This document shows, in pieces, positions 17,354 through 24,555 of a DNA stretch of 49,600 bases. A program made the position numbers and the translations under genes. The notes under the pieces are model-generated. The model was not told the DNA's origin. It was given only the letters and a program-made list of their open reading frames with translations, and did not search any database. Position 1 is the stretch's first letter, and every line of letters begins with the position of its first letter. Source of the stretch: Candidatus Nomurabacteria bacterium (GTDB lineage: Bacteria; Patescibacteriota; Minisyncoccia; Phycocordibacterales; UBA9973); assembly GCA_028286485.1 (NCBI GenBank), contig JAQBRM010000007.1, forward strand, positions 1 to 49,600, given 5' to 3'.

Positions 17354-18826
17354 TTATTTTTCCAAGTCTAATATTTCATCAATACGAATCTGATGCACGA
17401 ATTCCGGCACGTGCGATACCAGTATCATCGCTCCGGCATAACTGCTCAAGGCTTTGGCAATGACGGGGAGATGGCGAAAGTTAATGTGGTTGGTCGGCTC
17501 ATCAAGAATCAGCAAGCCGGGTTCGAGCAGCACCAATGTAGCGAATGCCACCAATCCTTTCTGCCCCTCTGACAGATCACCGATACGAGTACCGATAACA
17601 TCGGAGGTGATGAGAAAGCTGGCTGCCACCGATCTGATACGGTCTTCCGCCGGACGAGCACCCGATAACGCCATGGACTTCTTCAATGCTTCATAAACCG
17701 TATCATGAAAATCAAGGGTCGAGAAATCCTGCCGATAGTACCCTACCCTGACATTGCTGCCGATATTTGAACCTTCAGCGGTACCATGGGCGATGGATTC
17801 CAGCAACGTACTCTTGCCGATACCATTAGGGCCCCGCAGCAGCAGATGCTGGTTCTTACGCAAGGAAATAGCGGCTTTGCGAGAAACTACTTTATGGTCT
17901 TTCAAGACAGTAAAAGCCGTGACGGAAATGATTTCGCCAATAGTATTGGTTTGTGCGGGAATGGTGAATGGACGAATAGTCTTGTCTTCTTTTCGCACAT
18001 CAACGATATCTTCTTCGAGCTCCTCGGCTTTTTCACGCATGCGTTTTGCCACGAGGCGCATCTGGCCGCCTTTGTAGGCAAATTGATTGGCCTTTTCCTT
18101 CTTGGCTTGTATTTCCTTGGCCAGCATGGCATTTTTCATATTTTCCTTTTCAATACGAACGGCGATATCCTTGACTACGTCGTTATAGTTACCGACATAC
18201 TGCTCGATCTTGCGCGTGAAGACATCGAGATACAGGACACCATGCGTGAAGGCATTCAGAAAGGCCGCATCATGGGAAATAACCATGACGGTCTTTTTGT
18301 AGTCGATCAGAAATTGCGTGAGATGGGCAATGCCTTCCTTGTCCAAATTGTTAGTTGGTTCATCCAATAGTAGTAAGTCTGGGTCTTGAATCAAGGCTGA
18401 AGCTAAAAGGAGCCGCGCTTGCTGGCCGCCGGAAAATGTCTTGATGATTTTCTCATGAATGCCCTTGCCGACCTTCAAGTTCACGACCTCGAGTACGGCA
18501 TCAATACGCGGATCGATATCGTAGACCGGTTTGGAAAATTGCGATTGAAAAAATTCCCGCACGGTCAGCTCCATCTGATCGCGGCTGATAACCTGTCGGG
18601 CGGTGGCAATAGTAGTGCCCTTGACCACATTGATGATGCCTTCTTCAGGCGTAAATGCTCCTGTTAAAAGATTGAAAATAGTGCTTTTACCGGCACCATT
18701 TTGCCCCATGAGGGTGATCTTGGAACCCTTGCGCAAAGAGAAAGAAACCTGATCCAAGATGGGCTTATTGACGTTATATTCGAATGATACGCCGTCGAAA
18801 CGAGCGATGGTGGCCTCTTTTGACAT
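17354..18826 (-). CDS. ABC-F family ATPase (two fused ABC domains, no TMD)
   Basis: Two Walker A motifs (GQNGAGKST, GPNGIGKST) and two signature motifs (FSGGQQ, LSEGQK) are present. They are separated by a charged Lys/Glu-rich linker. Confidence 0.9.
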   Translation of the reverse strand: MSKEATIARFDGVSFEYNVNKPILDQVSFSLRKGSKITLMGQNGAGKSTIFNLLTGAFTPEEGIINVVKGTTIATARQVISRDQMELTVREFFQSQFSKPVYDIDPRIDAVLEVVNLKVGKGIHEKIIKTFSGGQQARLLLASALIQDPDLLLLDEPTNNLDKEGIAHLTQFLIDYKKTVMVISHDAAFLNAFTHGVLYLDVFTRKIEQYVGNYNDVVKDIAVRIEKENMKNAMLAKEIQAKKEKANQFAYKGGQMRLVAKRMREKAEELEEDIVDVRKEDKTIRPFTIPAQTNTIGEIISVTAFTVLKDHKVVSRKAAISLRKNQHLLLRGPNGIGKSTLLESIAHGTAEGSNIGSNVRVGYYRQDFSTLDFHDTVYEALKKSMALSGARPAEDRIRSVAASFLITSDVIGTRIGDLSEGQKGLVAFATLVLLEPGLLILDEPTNHINFRHLPVIAKALSSYAGAMILVSHVPEFVHQIRIDEILDLEK

Positions 18827-18858
18827 ATGAAATAAAAAGTGTCATGAGTATAGCACAC

Positions 18859-19422
18859 TTAATATTTTCGCATGACACTGCGCACGATACCGACGATGCT
18901 GAGCTCATATTCGGGATAGATCGGCTTGTAGTTTTTATTGGCCGGTTCCAACCATAGCTTGCTTGCCTTGGTGCGCAAATACTTCATGGTGAATTCCCCA
19001 TCAACTTGCGCGATGACAATGTCACCATCCTTGGCCGTCGCAGTTCGCTCAACAATCACAATATCCCCATCGGCAATATGGGCTTCGATCATGGAGTCCC
19101 CGTCCACTTCGAACAGATAGGTCGATGCTTTCTTTGGTACGAGATACTCTTCGATATTCAAGCTGTCATTCAATACGTCTCCGGGAGCGGGCAAGCCGGC
19201 TTTGATAAAACCGACCATGGGAATCTCATTGAAGCTGGTAGAAGGAATAAGCTTGCCGAGCCTGTCCTTGGTCACGATGCCGGCGGCAATCATTTTCGTC
19301 ACCACACGATAGACCGCATTCTTGGACTTGAAGTCGAACAGCTTCATCATTTCCGCATACGTCGGCATACGGCGGTGTGATTGATAGAATGAGAGCAATT
19401 TTTCCTTGTAGTCTGGTGACAT
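18859..19422 (-). CDS. lexA: LexA repressor (S24 peptidase)
   Basis: 187 aa with an N-terminal wHTH. An Ala-Gly cleavage-site candidate lies in FIKAGLPAPG. The catalytic Ser sits in GDSMIEAHIADGDIVIV and the Lys in FTMKYL. Confidence 0.9.
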   Translation of the reverse strand: MSPDYKEKLLSFYQSHRRMPTYAEMMKLFDFKSKNAVYRVVTKMIAAGIVTKDRLGKLIPSTSFNEIPMVGFIKAGLPAPGDVLNDSLNIEEYLVPKKASTYLFEVDGDSMIEAHIADGDIVIVERTATAKDGDIVIAQVDGEFTMKYLRTKASKLWLEPANKNYKPIYPEYELSIVGIVRSVMRKY

Positions 19423-19423
19423 G

Positions 19424-19603
19424 TTAAAAACTTAGACGATATCGCAGAAACGATAAAAATGAGAATTTATTTCGGCTGGTAAACTTGTGCGCTCGAGGTT
19501 GTACTAACAGTATAGTACTATTTTCGCCCGTGCGCTCGGTGAATAGCGTTTCCAGGCGGTTAAGTTCATTATTGAGTGCTTGTTGGAATGGAGTGATTTT
19601 CAT
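19424..19603 (-). CDS. Hypothetical 59-aa ORF whose stop abuts the lexA start (just below the ORF-track cutoff)
   Basis: My own translation is MKITPFQQALNNELNRLETLFTERTGENSTILLVQPRAHKFTSRNKFSFLSFLRYRLSF. The TAA at 19424-19426 is followed by one nt and then the lexA ATG at 19422. I have no homology evidence. Confidence 0.3.
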   Translation of the reverse strand: MKITPFQQALNNELNRLETLFTERTGENSTILLVQPRAHKFTSRNKFSFLSFLRYRLSF

Positions 19604-19614
19604 ACTAGTGATTG

Positions 19615-19803
19615 TTATGCGAATAATGAAAACCGGCCAAACAGTCCATTGCCTCGGCGCTGCTCGCGAAGCTTCCGTAGCAATGCGCGGTGCCTCTGAG
19701 ACTCTTCGACATAGCGCTGACCGCTCATGATCTTGGCGTCTATGCGTTCGTTCAAGACCTTTATCTGACGCTCCAATGTGGTGATGTATTGATGTTGTGA
19801 CAT
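19615..19803 (-). CDS. Hypothetical 62-aa helical protein, first ORF of the lexA transcription unit
   Basis: The protein is MSQHQYITTLERQIKVLNERIDAKIMSGQRYVEESQRHRALLRKLREQRRGNGLFGRFSLFA. An AAGGAG motif lies upstream at 19822-19827. It is downstream of a promoter containing a LexA-box-like palindrome. Confidence 0.45.
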   Translation of the reverse strand: MSQHQYITTLERQIKVLNERIDAKIMSGQRYVEESQRHRALLRKLREQRRGNGLFGRFSLFA

Positions 19804-19842
19804 ATATTTTATAAATAATTACTCCTTAATAACTATAGTATT

Positions 19843-19871
19843 AGTATAGGTGAACGTTCGTTCACATGCAA
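19843..19871 (-). promoter_or_regulatory. Sigma70-like promoter with a Cheo-type LexA box filling the spacer
   Basis: On the minus strand, TTGCAT (19866-19871) is followed by a 17-nt spacer, GTGAACGAACGTTCACC (19849-19865), and then TATACT (19843-19848). The spacer carries GAAC-N4-GTTC with 6-bp inverted arms GTGAAC/GTTCAC. Confidence 0.6.
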
Positions 19872-19965
19872 GCAATAAGGTGTGGATAACCCTACCCCTA
19901 CTCTCTTCATCCTTGCTAAAGTCAGGGTGAAGTTGTATCGTAAGATAAACCTAAAAATCATTGAA

Positions 19966-20280
19966 ATGAAAAAGAAGATAAATAAGATCATTCACCTGTG
20001 GCATGTATTATTTCCTTTCCATAGCAAGAATATGAACGAATTCATTGCCATGGCAAAAAAGGAATCATTTGAATTGATAAGGATAGAGGGTAAAGATATT
20101 GTGGTGTGTACGGCCCAAAACTTGGAAGGGCGTACGATAATCTACAGAGAAAATTGTTTTAAGAAGGGCGCTCTTGAACCGAAAGAAATTATTGAGAAAT
20201 TAAAAAAAGGTCTTCCATATACACAAATAATCGAGTATATGGAAATACCAAGAAGGTATTCTCTTTTTAAGGTCAAGTAA
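19966..20280 (+). CDS. Hypothetical protein (104 aa from the ATG at 19966; track ORF starts at the GTG at 19882)
   Basis: Intact ORF followed by a strong terminator. It lies in an AT-rich stretch and I recognise no family. Confidence 0.45.
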   Translation: MKKKINKIIHLWHVLFPFHSKNMNEFIAMAKKESFELIRIEGKDIVVCTAQNLEGRTIIYRENCFKKGALEPKEIIEKLKKGLPYTQIIEYMEIPRRYSLFKVK

Positions 20281-20309
20281 AGGTCATTCCATTTGGAATG
20301 ACCTTTTTT
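20279..20309 (+). terminator. Rho-independent terminator
   Basis: AGGTCATTCC (20281-20290) pairs with GGAATGACCT (20295-20304). A T-run follows. Confidence 0.8.
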
Positions 20310-20341
20310 ATTTCCCCTTTATTTTTGTATACTGTATAGCG

Positions 20342-20965
20342 ATGAATGAGACACAGGAAATCATAAGGCAGTTGGGTGCCCTCTCGTATGGAGGAGTTTT
20401 TATTGTGTCACTGTTGGCCAATATAGTGATTCCGGTGCCGGAAGAAGTGGCATTGTTGGTTATTGGTTTTGCGGCACGAGCCGGCGGGTTCAGTCTTTTC
20501 TTGATTATTCCCATTGTCATGGCGGGATTGCTGACCAGTGACATTGCGCTGTATTATGCCTCCCGCAGAGGCAACCGGCTCGTGACCGGTTTTTATAACC
20601 GTATTTTTAAAAACCGTTTGACCGAGCGTCAGCAGTGGCTGGAGGATAATGTCAAAAAGGTTATTTTCTTCTCCCGTTTTTTAGTGCAACTGCGTTTCTT
20701 GGGACCGTTTTTCGCCGGTCAGACCAAAGTATCATGGAAAACCTTCATTACCTATGAGCTGGCAGCGCTTATTATCTACGTGCCGTTGGTAGTGGGTATC
20801 GGCTGGTTCTTCCATAGCGGTATTGAAAATATCATTAGCGGTATTAATGTGCTACGCAACGTATTCTTGATTTTCTTGGGATTACTCTTCCTCTTTTCCT
20901 TATACGAATCAATTCGTATAAATACGTTTGGTAAGCGTACTCGCAAGAAGAACAAGAAAAAATAG
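20342..20965 (+). CDS. DedA/VTT-domain membrane protein (second paralogue)
   Basis: 207 aa. The DedA-like core includes VPEEVALLVIGF, TSDIALYYASRRG and FFSRFLVQLRFLGPFFAG. Confidence 0.8.
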   Translation: MNETQEIIRQLGALSYGGVFIVSLLANIVIPVPEEVALLVIGFAARAGGFSLFLIIPIVMAGLLTSDIALYYASRRGNRLVTGFYNRIFKNRLTERQQWLEDNVKKVIFFSRFLVQLRFLGPFFAGQTKVSWKTFITYELAALIIYVPLVVGIGWFFHSGIENIISGINVLRNVFLIFLGLLFLFSLYESIRINTFGKRTRKKNKKK

Positions 20966-20971
20966 CACGGT

Positions 20972-21000
20972 AAAAGCCTTCCCGGAACGGGAAGGCTTTT
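20972..21000 (+). terminator. Rho-independent terminator
   Basis: GCCTTCCCG (20976-20984) pairs with CGGGAAGGC (20988-20996). A T-run follows. Confidence 0.8.
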
Positions 21001-21132
21001 ACGAGAAAACTGTCATTTATTATATTTATTTGTTGAAGAAAAATTATTGTTATGAATCTATAGGCAGTTTGGATATTACGTTGGTAATCATCGACACATA
21101 AGGTCTCTATCGGTTTGTTATTCAGTTGTTAT

Positions 21133-21465
21133 TCAGTTGTGAGGGGCTTGTATGCCCGCTTGTTGCAATATTTGTTGTGCGGCTGTATCACTGCCGTTCT
21201 CGTGAAGCTTGTAGGCATGAACAAGCGCATCAAACTGGGTATGGGTAATCGCTTGGGCTCCCGGCTTTCCCTTTATGGCATTGGCAAAGGCATTGTAATC
21301 ATCACTTTCAATGGCTTTGCCAACAGTTTCGTGTAGCAACGGAGCACTCATTTTTTGCACCCAAGCAGGCTGTTGTTCGGCCGCAAACCCTGTAGAGGTA
21401 ATTGCACCGGCATACACCATGCCGAGGAGCCCGCAAAGAAGAATCTTTCGTGTTGCTACTGTCAT
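21133..21465 (-). CDS. Hypothetical small secreted protein (110 aa)
   Basis: It has a signal-peptide-like N-terminus (RKILLCGLLGMVYAGAITSTGFA) and a helical remainder. I recognise no family. Confidence 0.5.
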   Translation of the reverse strand: MTVATRKILLCGLLGMVYAGAITSTGFAAEQQPAWVQKMSAPLLHETVGKAIESDDYNAFANAIKGKPGAQAITHTQFDALVHAYKLHENGSDTAAQQILQQAGIQAPHN

Positions 21466-21498
21466 ATTACTTATGAATTACTAATAAATTACTTATAT
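21466..21498. repeat. Three tandem 11-bp direct repeats abutting the start codon of the 21133-21465 gene
   Basis: The units are ATTACTTATGA (21466-21476), ATTACTAATAA (21477-21487) and ATTACTTATAT (21488-21498). Confidence 0.6.
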
Positions 21499-21561
21499 GA
21501 GACGCTGCTTATGGACATCTCATGCCTAATCATACGTCAGCTAAAAAACTTTCTTTCACTT

Positions 21562-22353
21562 TTATTTCGAAATGTACTGCTGTAGGATCTCATCACAAGA
21601 AATTGCTTGTTGGGAGCCGGTAAAAGACTCGGCCACCGAAGGTTGAGCGGGAAAAAGCTCCCATGGCAGGACGCGACAGGCGAGAAAGGAGTGGCTGGCA
21701 GTAATAGCCCCCACAATACGAACAGCATTTCCTACCTGTAATAATACAGGGTCTGGAGCAGAGGAGAGCTTACTGATGTCCACAGTCCATACAAATCCAT
21801 TAAAAGCCCTTATTGTTAGCGTGGTGGGGCTTGTAGCGCTGACAACACCGGAAATACGGCCTTCCGTGGGGCTATTCCAGACGTATTCTTGTTGATTTTG
21901 AGTTGGGTGACGATAGTACGTTTCCACCCCATCATTCAGCGAATTGGCGGTCATGGCATAGAACAACATACCGATGATAATACTGCTCGCCACACTGATT
22001 AGCAGCAACTGTAGGGCCGTATGGCGATACCCCGTATTGGTTTTGCGCAGTAATGCGATAGTGATCAATGAGAAGAGTGCGAATGAAATAATCCATAATA
22101 ACGGGATAATAGCGATAAATACCAGCGGACCCCTATATTGGACATACTCTCTATTTTCCCAATGGGCATGCAAAATGCCGTACAATCCTCCAGCTATGGT
22201 ATAGGCTCCCAAGAGTGTGGTGATTACACCGGGAATCCACATCAATGTATTTCGCACCCTGAAATACCATTTCGGTCGCGGGGTGACTTTTTGCTGATCG
22301 ATAGCGGCAATGATTTTTTCGGTTGTATTAGATGTTGGTTCCATAGTCGGCAA
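21562..22353 (-). CDS. Polytopic membrane protein, putative anti-sigma factor
   Basis: 263 aa with several TM segments and a C-terminal soluble domain. It overlaps the 3' end of the ECF sigma gene by 26 nt. The function is inferred from position only. Confidence 0.45.
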   Translation of the reverse strand: MPTMEPTSNTTEKIIAAIDQQKVTPRPKWYFRVRNTLMWIPGVITTLLGAYTIAGGLYGILHAHWENREYVQYRGPLVFIAIIPLLWIISFALFSLITIALLRKTNTGYRHTALQLLLISVASSIIIGMLFYAMTANSLNDGVETYYRHPTQNQQEYVWNSPTEGRISGVVSATSPTTLTIRAFNGFVWTVDISKLSSAPDPVLLQVGNAVRIVGAITASHSFLACRVLPWELFPAQPSVAESFTGSQQAISCDEILQQYISK

Positions 22354-22906
22354 TCTTTTTTTGTAATTGTTTCTTGGCTCTATTGATACGCACCGCCACG
22401 GTACCGGCGGGGATTTTTAAAATATCAGCGATCTCTTCATATGATTTCTCCTCAAAAAAACGCAGGAGCAGGATTTCTTTGTATTTTTCATCAAGACCAT
22501 TGAGTGTGTTGATAATGTACTTTTTTTGTTCTTCATTACTGAAACGGGTGGTGAGGTCATCGTCGGACATGAGCTTGGTGACAATATCTTGGGCATCGTC
22601 ATCGAGCGACAGCGTGGCCCGCCGCTTCTCACGACGATACCAATCAATCATTTCGTTATGGGCGATGCGATAGATCCAAGAGGAAAATAATAGCGTCGTA
22701 TCATAGTCATTGAGGTTGCGATAGACCTTTATAAAAATATTTTGCAGCAAGTCCTCGATATCATCACTGGTGGCCAAGCTGCGCCGCCGGATGTATCGAG
22801 TCAATTTTGGCACGTATCGATCAACCAGCAATGCGAAATACTCAGAATCTTTCTTGCATTCAATGACAATCGCTTCATCGGAAAGCTGACCGGTATCTTG
22901 GAGCAT
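22328..22906 (-). CDS. ECF-type sigma-70 family RNA polymerase sigma factor
   Basis: 192 aa with region 2 (DIEDLLQNIFIKVYRNLNDYD...WIYRIAHNEMIDWYRR). Region 4 has an HTH (SYEEIADILKIPAGTVAVRINRAKKQL). Confidence 0.85.
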   Translation of the reverse strand: MLQDTGQLSDEAIVIECKKDSEYFALLVDRYVPKLTRYIRRRSLATSDDIEDLLQNIFIKVYRNLNDYDTTLLFSSWIYRIAHNEMIDWYRREKRRATLSLDDDAQDIVTKLMSDDDLTTRFSNEEQKKYIINTLNGLDEKYKEILLLRFFEEKSYEEIADILKIPAGTVAVRINRAKKQLQKKIADYGTNI

Positions 22907-22930
22907 TTTTATAGTATACGACAGAAATCG

Positions 22931-23536
22931 CTATTTACTTTCATGTGAATTGTCGTGCGTTTTCACATAGTTATCATAGGCGGTTTGATAATGCATGACA
23001 GTCTCGTCTTTTGGAAAATAATGCGATGTTGTTTTGCTCCCCGGAATGTTTTCCGGATCTGATAAAACATCCAATACATGCCCATCTGCCAGCGTAGCCT
23101 TTCCTTCCGCTACACGCTGAATAAGCCATTCCCTATAATTTTTAAAATAAACTTGAATATTTCTGACATCATCAAGTTCCAAGGCAGTGTTTGGGTTTTC
23201 GTCAATAAATTGCTGAAGCATTTCCTGCGCCTTATTCCCTCTGTCTAATTCCTCACTGCCTCTTAACTTTTTTGCTTCAAGCCAATCCAAGTAGTGGTCC
23301 CACGCATGTTTCTTTTCAATTCTTATTTCTATATTGTTTTCCTTATGATGTACCGTTTCTGTTTTATCTCCCGGTTTATCCGGTGTTTCAGTATGATGCT
23401 CGGTGGCCAGTGCTCCTGTTGAAGCGGCCGCCAGCCCTACCGCCATAGCCGCTTTTCTCATCCAACTTGGTGTTTCAATGCTTGATGTCTCTTTTTCCTC
23501 GTTATTTTGCGGTATTGGTGGGTTTTCCATGCTCAT
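22931..23536 (-). CDS. Hypothetical membrane-anchored/secreted protein (201 aa), His-rich N-proximal segment
   Basis: Intact ORF with a hydrophobic segment (AAMAVGLAAASTGALA). It is divergent from the response regulator gene. I recognise no family. Confidence 0.5.
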   Translation of the reverse strand: MSMENPPIPQNNEEKETSSIETPSWMRKAAMAVGLAAASTGALATEHHTETPDKPGDKTETVHHKENNIEIRIEKKHAWDHYLDWLEAKKLRGSEELDRGNKAQEMLQQFIDENPNTALELDDVRNIQVYFKNYREWLIQRVAEGKATLADGHVLDVLSDPENIPGSKTTSHYFPKDETVMHYQTAYDNYVKTHDNSHESK

Positions 23537-23646
23537 ATACCCCAGTATATACCACTTCTCAAGAAATTCTAAAGCATTTCAGGGGGTCTTCCCCACTTTC
23601 AGCTCGTTTTTTAAAAATCCTTATCTTATAATGAATATATAACCAT

Positions 23647-24321
23647 ATGCGTATTTTATTGATTGAAGATGACACTGAGACTCAGGAATTCTTACTGAGA
23701 CGATTGGAAGAGAAAGGGTTTGCTGTTGATATTGCCAAGACCGGCAACCGGGGCATATTTCTTGCCAAAACAAATGAGTATGATGTCATTCTTTTGGACT
23801 ATGGGTTGCCGGAAAAGAACGGCTTCATGGTCTGTGAGGAAATACGGAGCAGTGGCAAGCATACCCCCATTATCATGATATCGGTCAGTGATGCCGTGGA
23901 TTACAAAATCAAAGGCCTGACTGCCGGCGCCGATGACTATGTGGCCAAGCCGTTTTACTTTGAGGAATTATTCGCGCGCATCCAAGCCATGCTGCGTCGA
24001 CCGGCTGTCCTGGAAAGCAGCTTTTACAGCATCGATGATTTGAAGGTGGACATCGATCGCCAAACGGTCATGCGAGCCAATGCGCCTATTTATCTGACAC
24101 GCAAAGAGTTCTCATTGTTGGAATATTTATTGAAACATACCGGCACGGTGGTAACACGCGGCGAACTCATGGAGCATATTTGGGATATGACACTCGACCC
24201 CTTTTCCAATACCATTGAAACCCATGTGCTTAATCTTCGTCGCAAGATCGAGCAACCGTCAAAAATCAAACTAATTCATAGCATCCCGGGTCGCGGTTAC
24301 AAAATCGATCTTATACGATAA
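23647..24321 (+). CDS. OmpR/PhoB-family response regulator
   Basis: 224 aa. The receiver domain includes ILLIEDD and DVILLDYGLP, and a winged-helix output domain follows (LTRKEFSLLEYLLKH...IHSIPGRGYKI). Confidence 0.95.
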   Translation: MRILLIEDDTETQEFLLRRLEEKGFAVDIAKTGNRGIFLAKTNEYDVILLDYGLPEKNGFMVCEEIRSSGKHTPIIMISVSDAVDYKIKGLTAGADDYVAKPFYFEELFARIQAMLRRPAVLESSFYSIDDLKVDIDRQTVMRANAPIYLTRKEFSLLEYLLKHTGTVVTRGELMEHIWDMTLDPFSNTIETHVLNLRRKIEQPSKIKLIHSIPGRGYKIDLIR

Positions 24322-24375
24322 TTTAGAAAAACTTCGGCTAAATTTTATCACTGATTTTCTATACTACAGGGGCTA

Positions 24376-24404
24376 TTGGTCGAATAGCACATACTAGCTA
24401 TAAT
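24376..24404 (+). promoter_or_regulatory. Promoter-like element inside the RR-HK gap
   Basis: TTGGTC (24376-24381) is followed by 17 nt and TATAAT (24399-24404), which ends 17 nt upstream of the mini-ORF ATG. The spacer overlaps the hairpin GCTATT-GGTCG-AATAGC. Confidence 0.3.
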
Positions 24405-24421
24405 TACTCCATTATTCCCCT

Positions 24422-24535
24422 ATGAATAAATTAGTAGAAACCATGCTTGCCACCCCCTCCGCCCGCAATGCCGAAACCCTGAAAACGGTAGCCCTGTCCC
24501 AGAGCACGTTCACCCCTTGGGAAGGTACCGAATAA
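24422..24535 (+). CDS. Hypothetical 37-aa ORF with one C-proximal Trp (candidate signalling-peptide precursor)
   Basis: My own translation is MNKLVETMLATPSARNAETLKTVALSQSTFTPWEGTE. It occupies the otherwise unexplained 234-nt gap between the RR stop and the HK ATG. I saw no SD sequence and have no homology evidence. Confidence 0.3.
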   Translation: MNKLVETMLATPSARNAETLKTVALSQSTFTPWEGTE

Positions 24536-24555
24536 ATCCCATACGGACCCATACA

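Noticed and set aside
17786-18370. Plus-strand 194-aa ORF, and other plus-strand ORFs within 17454-18667
   Set aside because: They are antisense to the ABC-F gene, whose Walker and signature motifs are unambiguous.
19501-19518. Inverted repeat GTACTA-N6-TAGTAC as a possible second LexA site or lexA-proximal promoter
   Set aside because: It does not match GAAC-N4-GTTC, and no convincing -35 element lies 17 nt from the embedded TATACT. I kept it only as a note under the HxlR-palindrome finding.
21117-21138. Tandem 11-bp duplication GTTATTCAGTT x2 straddling the stop codon of the 21133-21465 gene
   Set aside because: It is real in the sequence, but the first stop encountered is unchanged by the duplication. 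It is probably a trivial slippage event with no evident function.
24517-24555. TTG start for the histidine kinase given by the ORF track
   Set aside because: The extension (MGRYRINPIRTHT) overlaps the 37-codon ORF in another frame and adds nothing kinase-like. The ATG at 24556 is more plausible.
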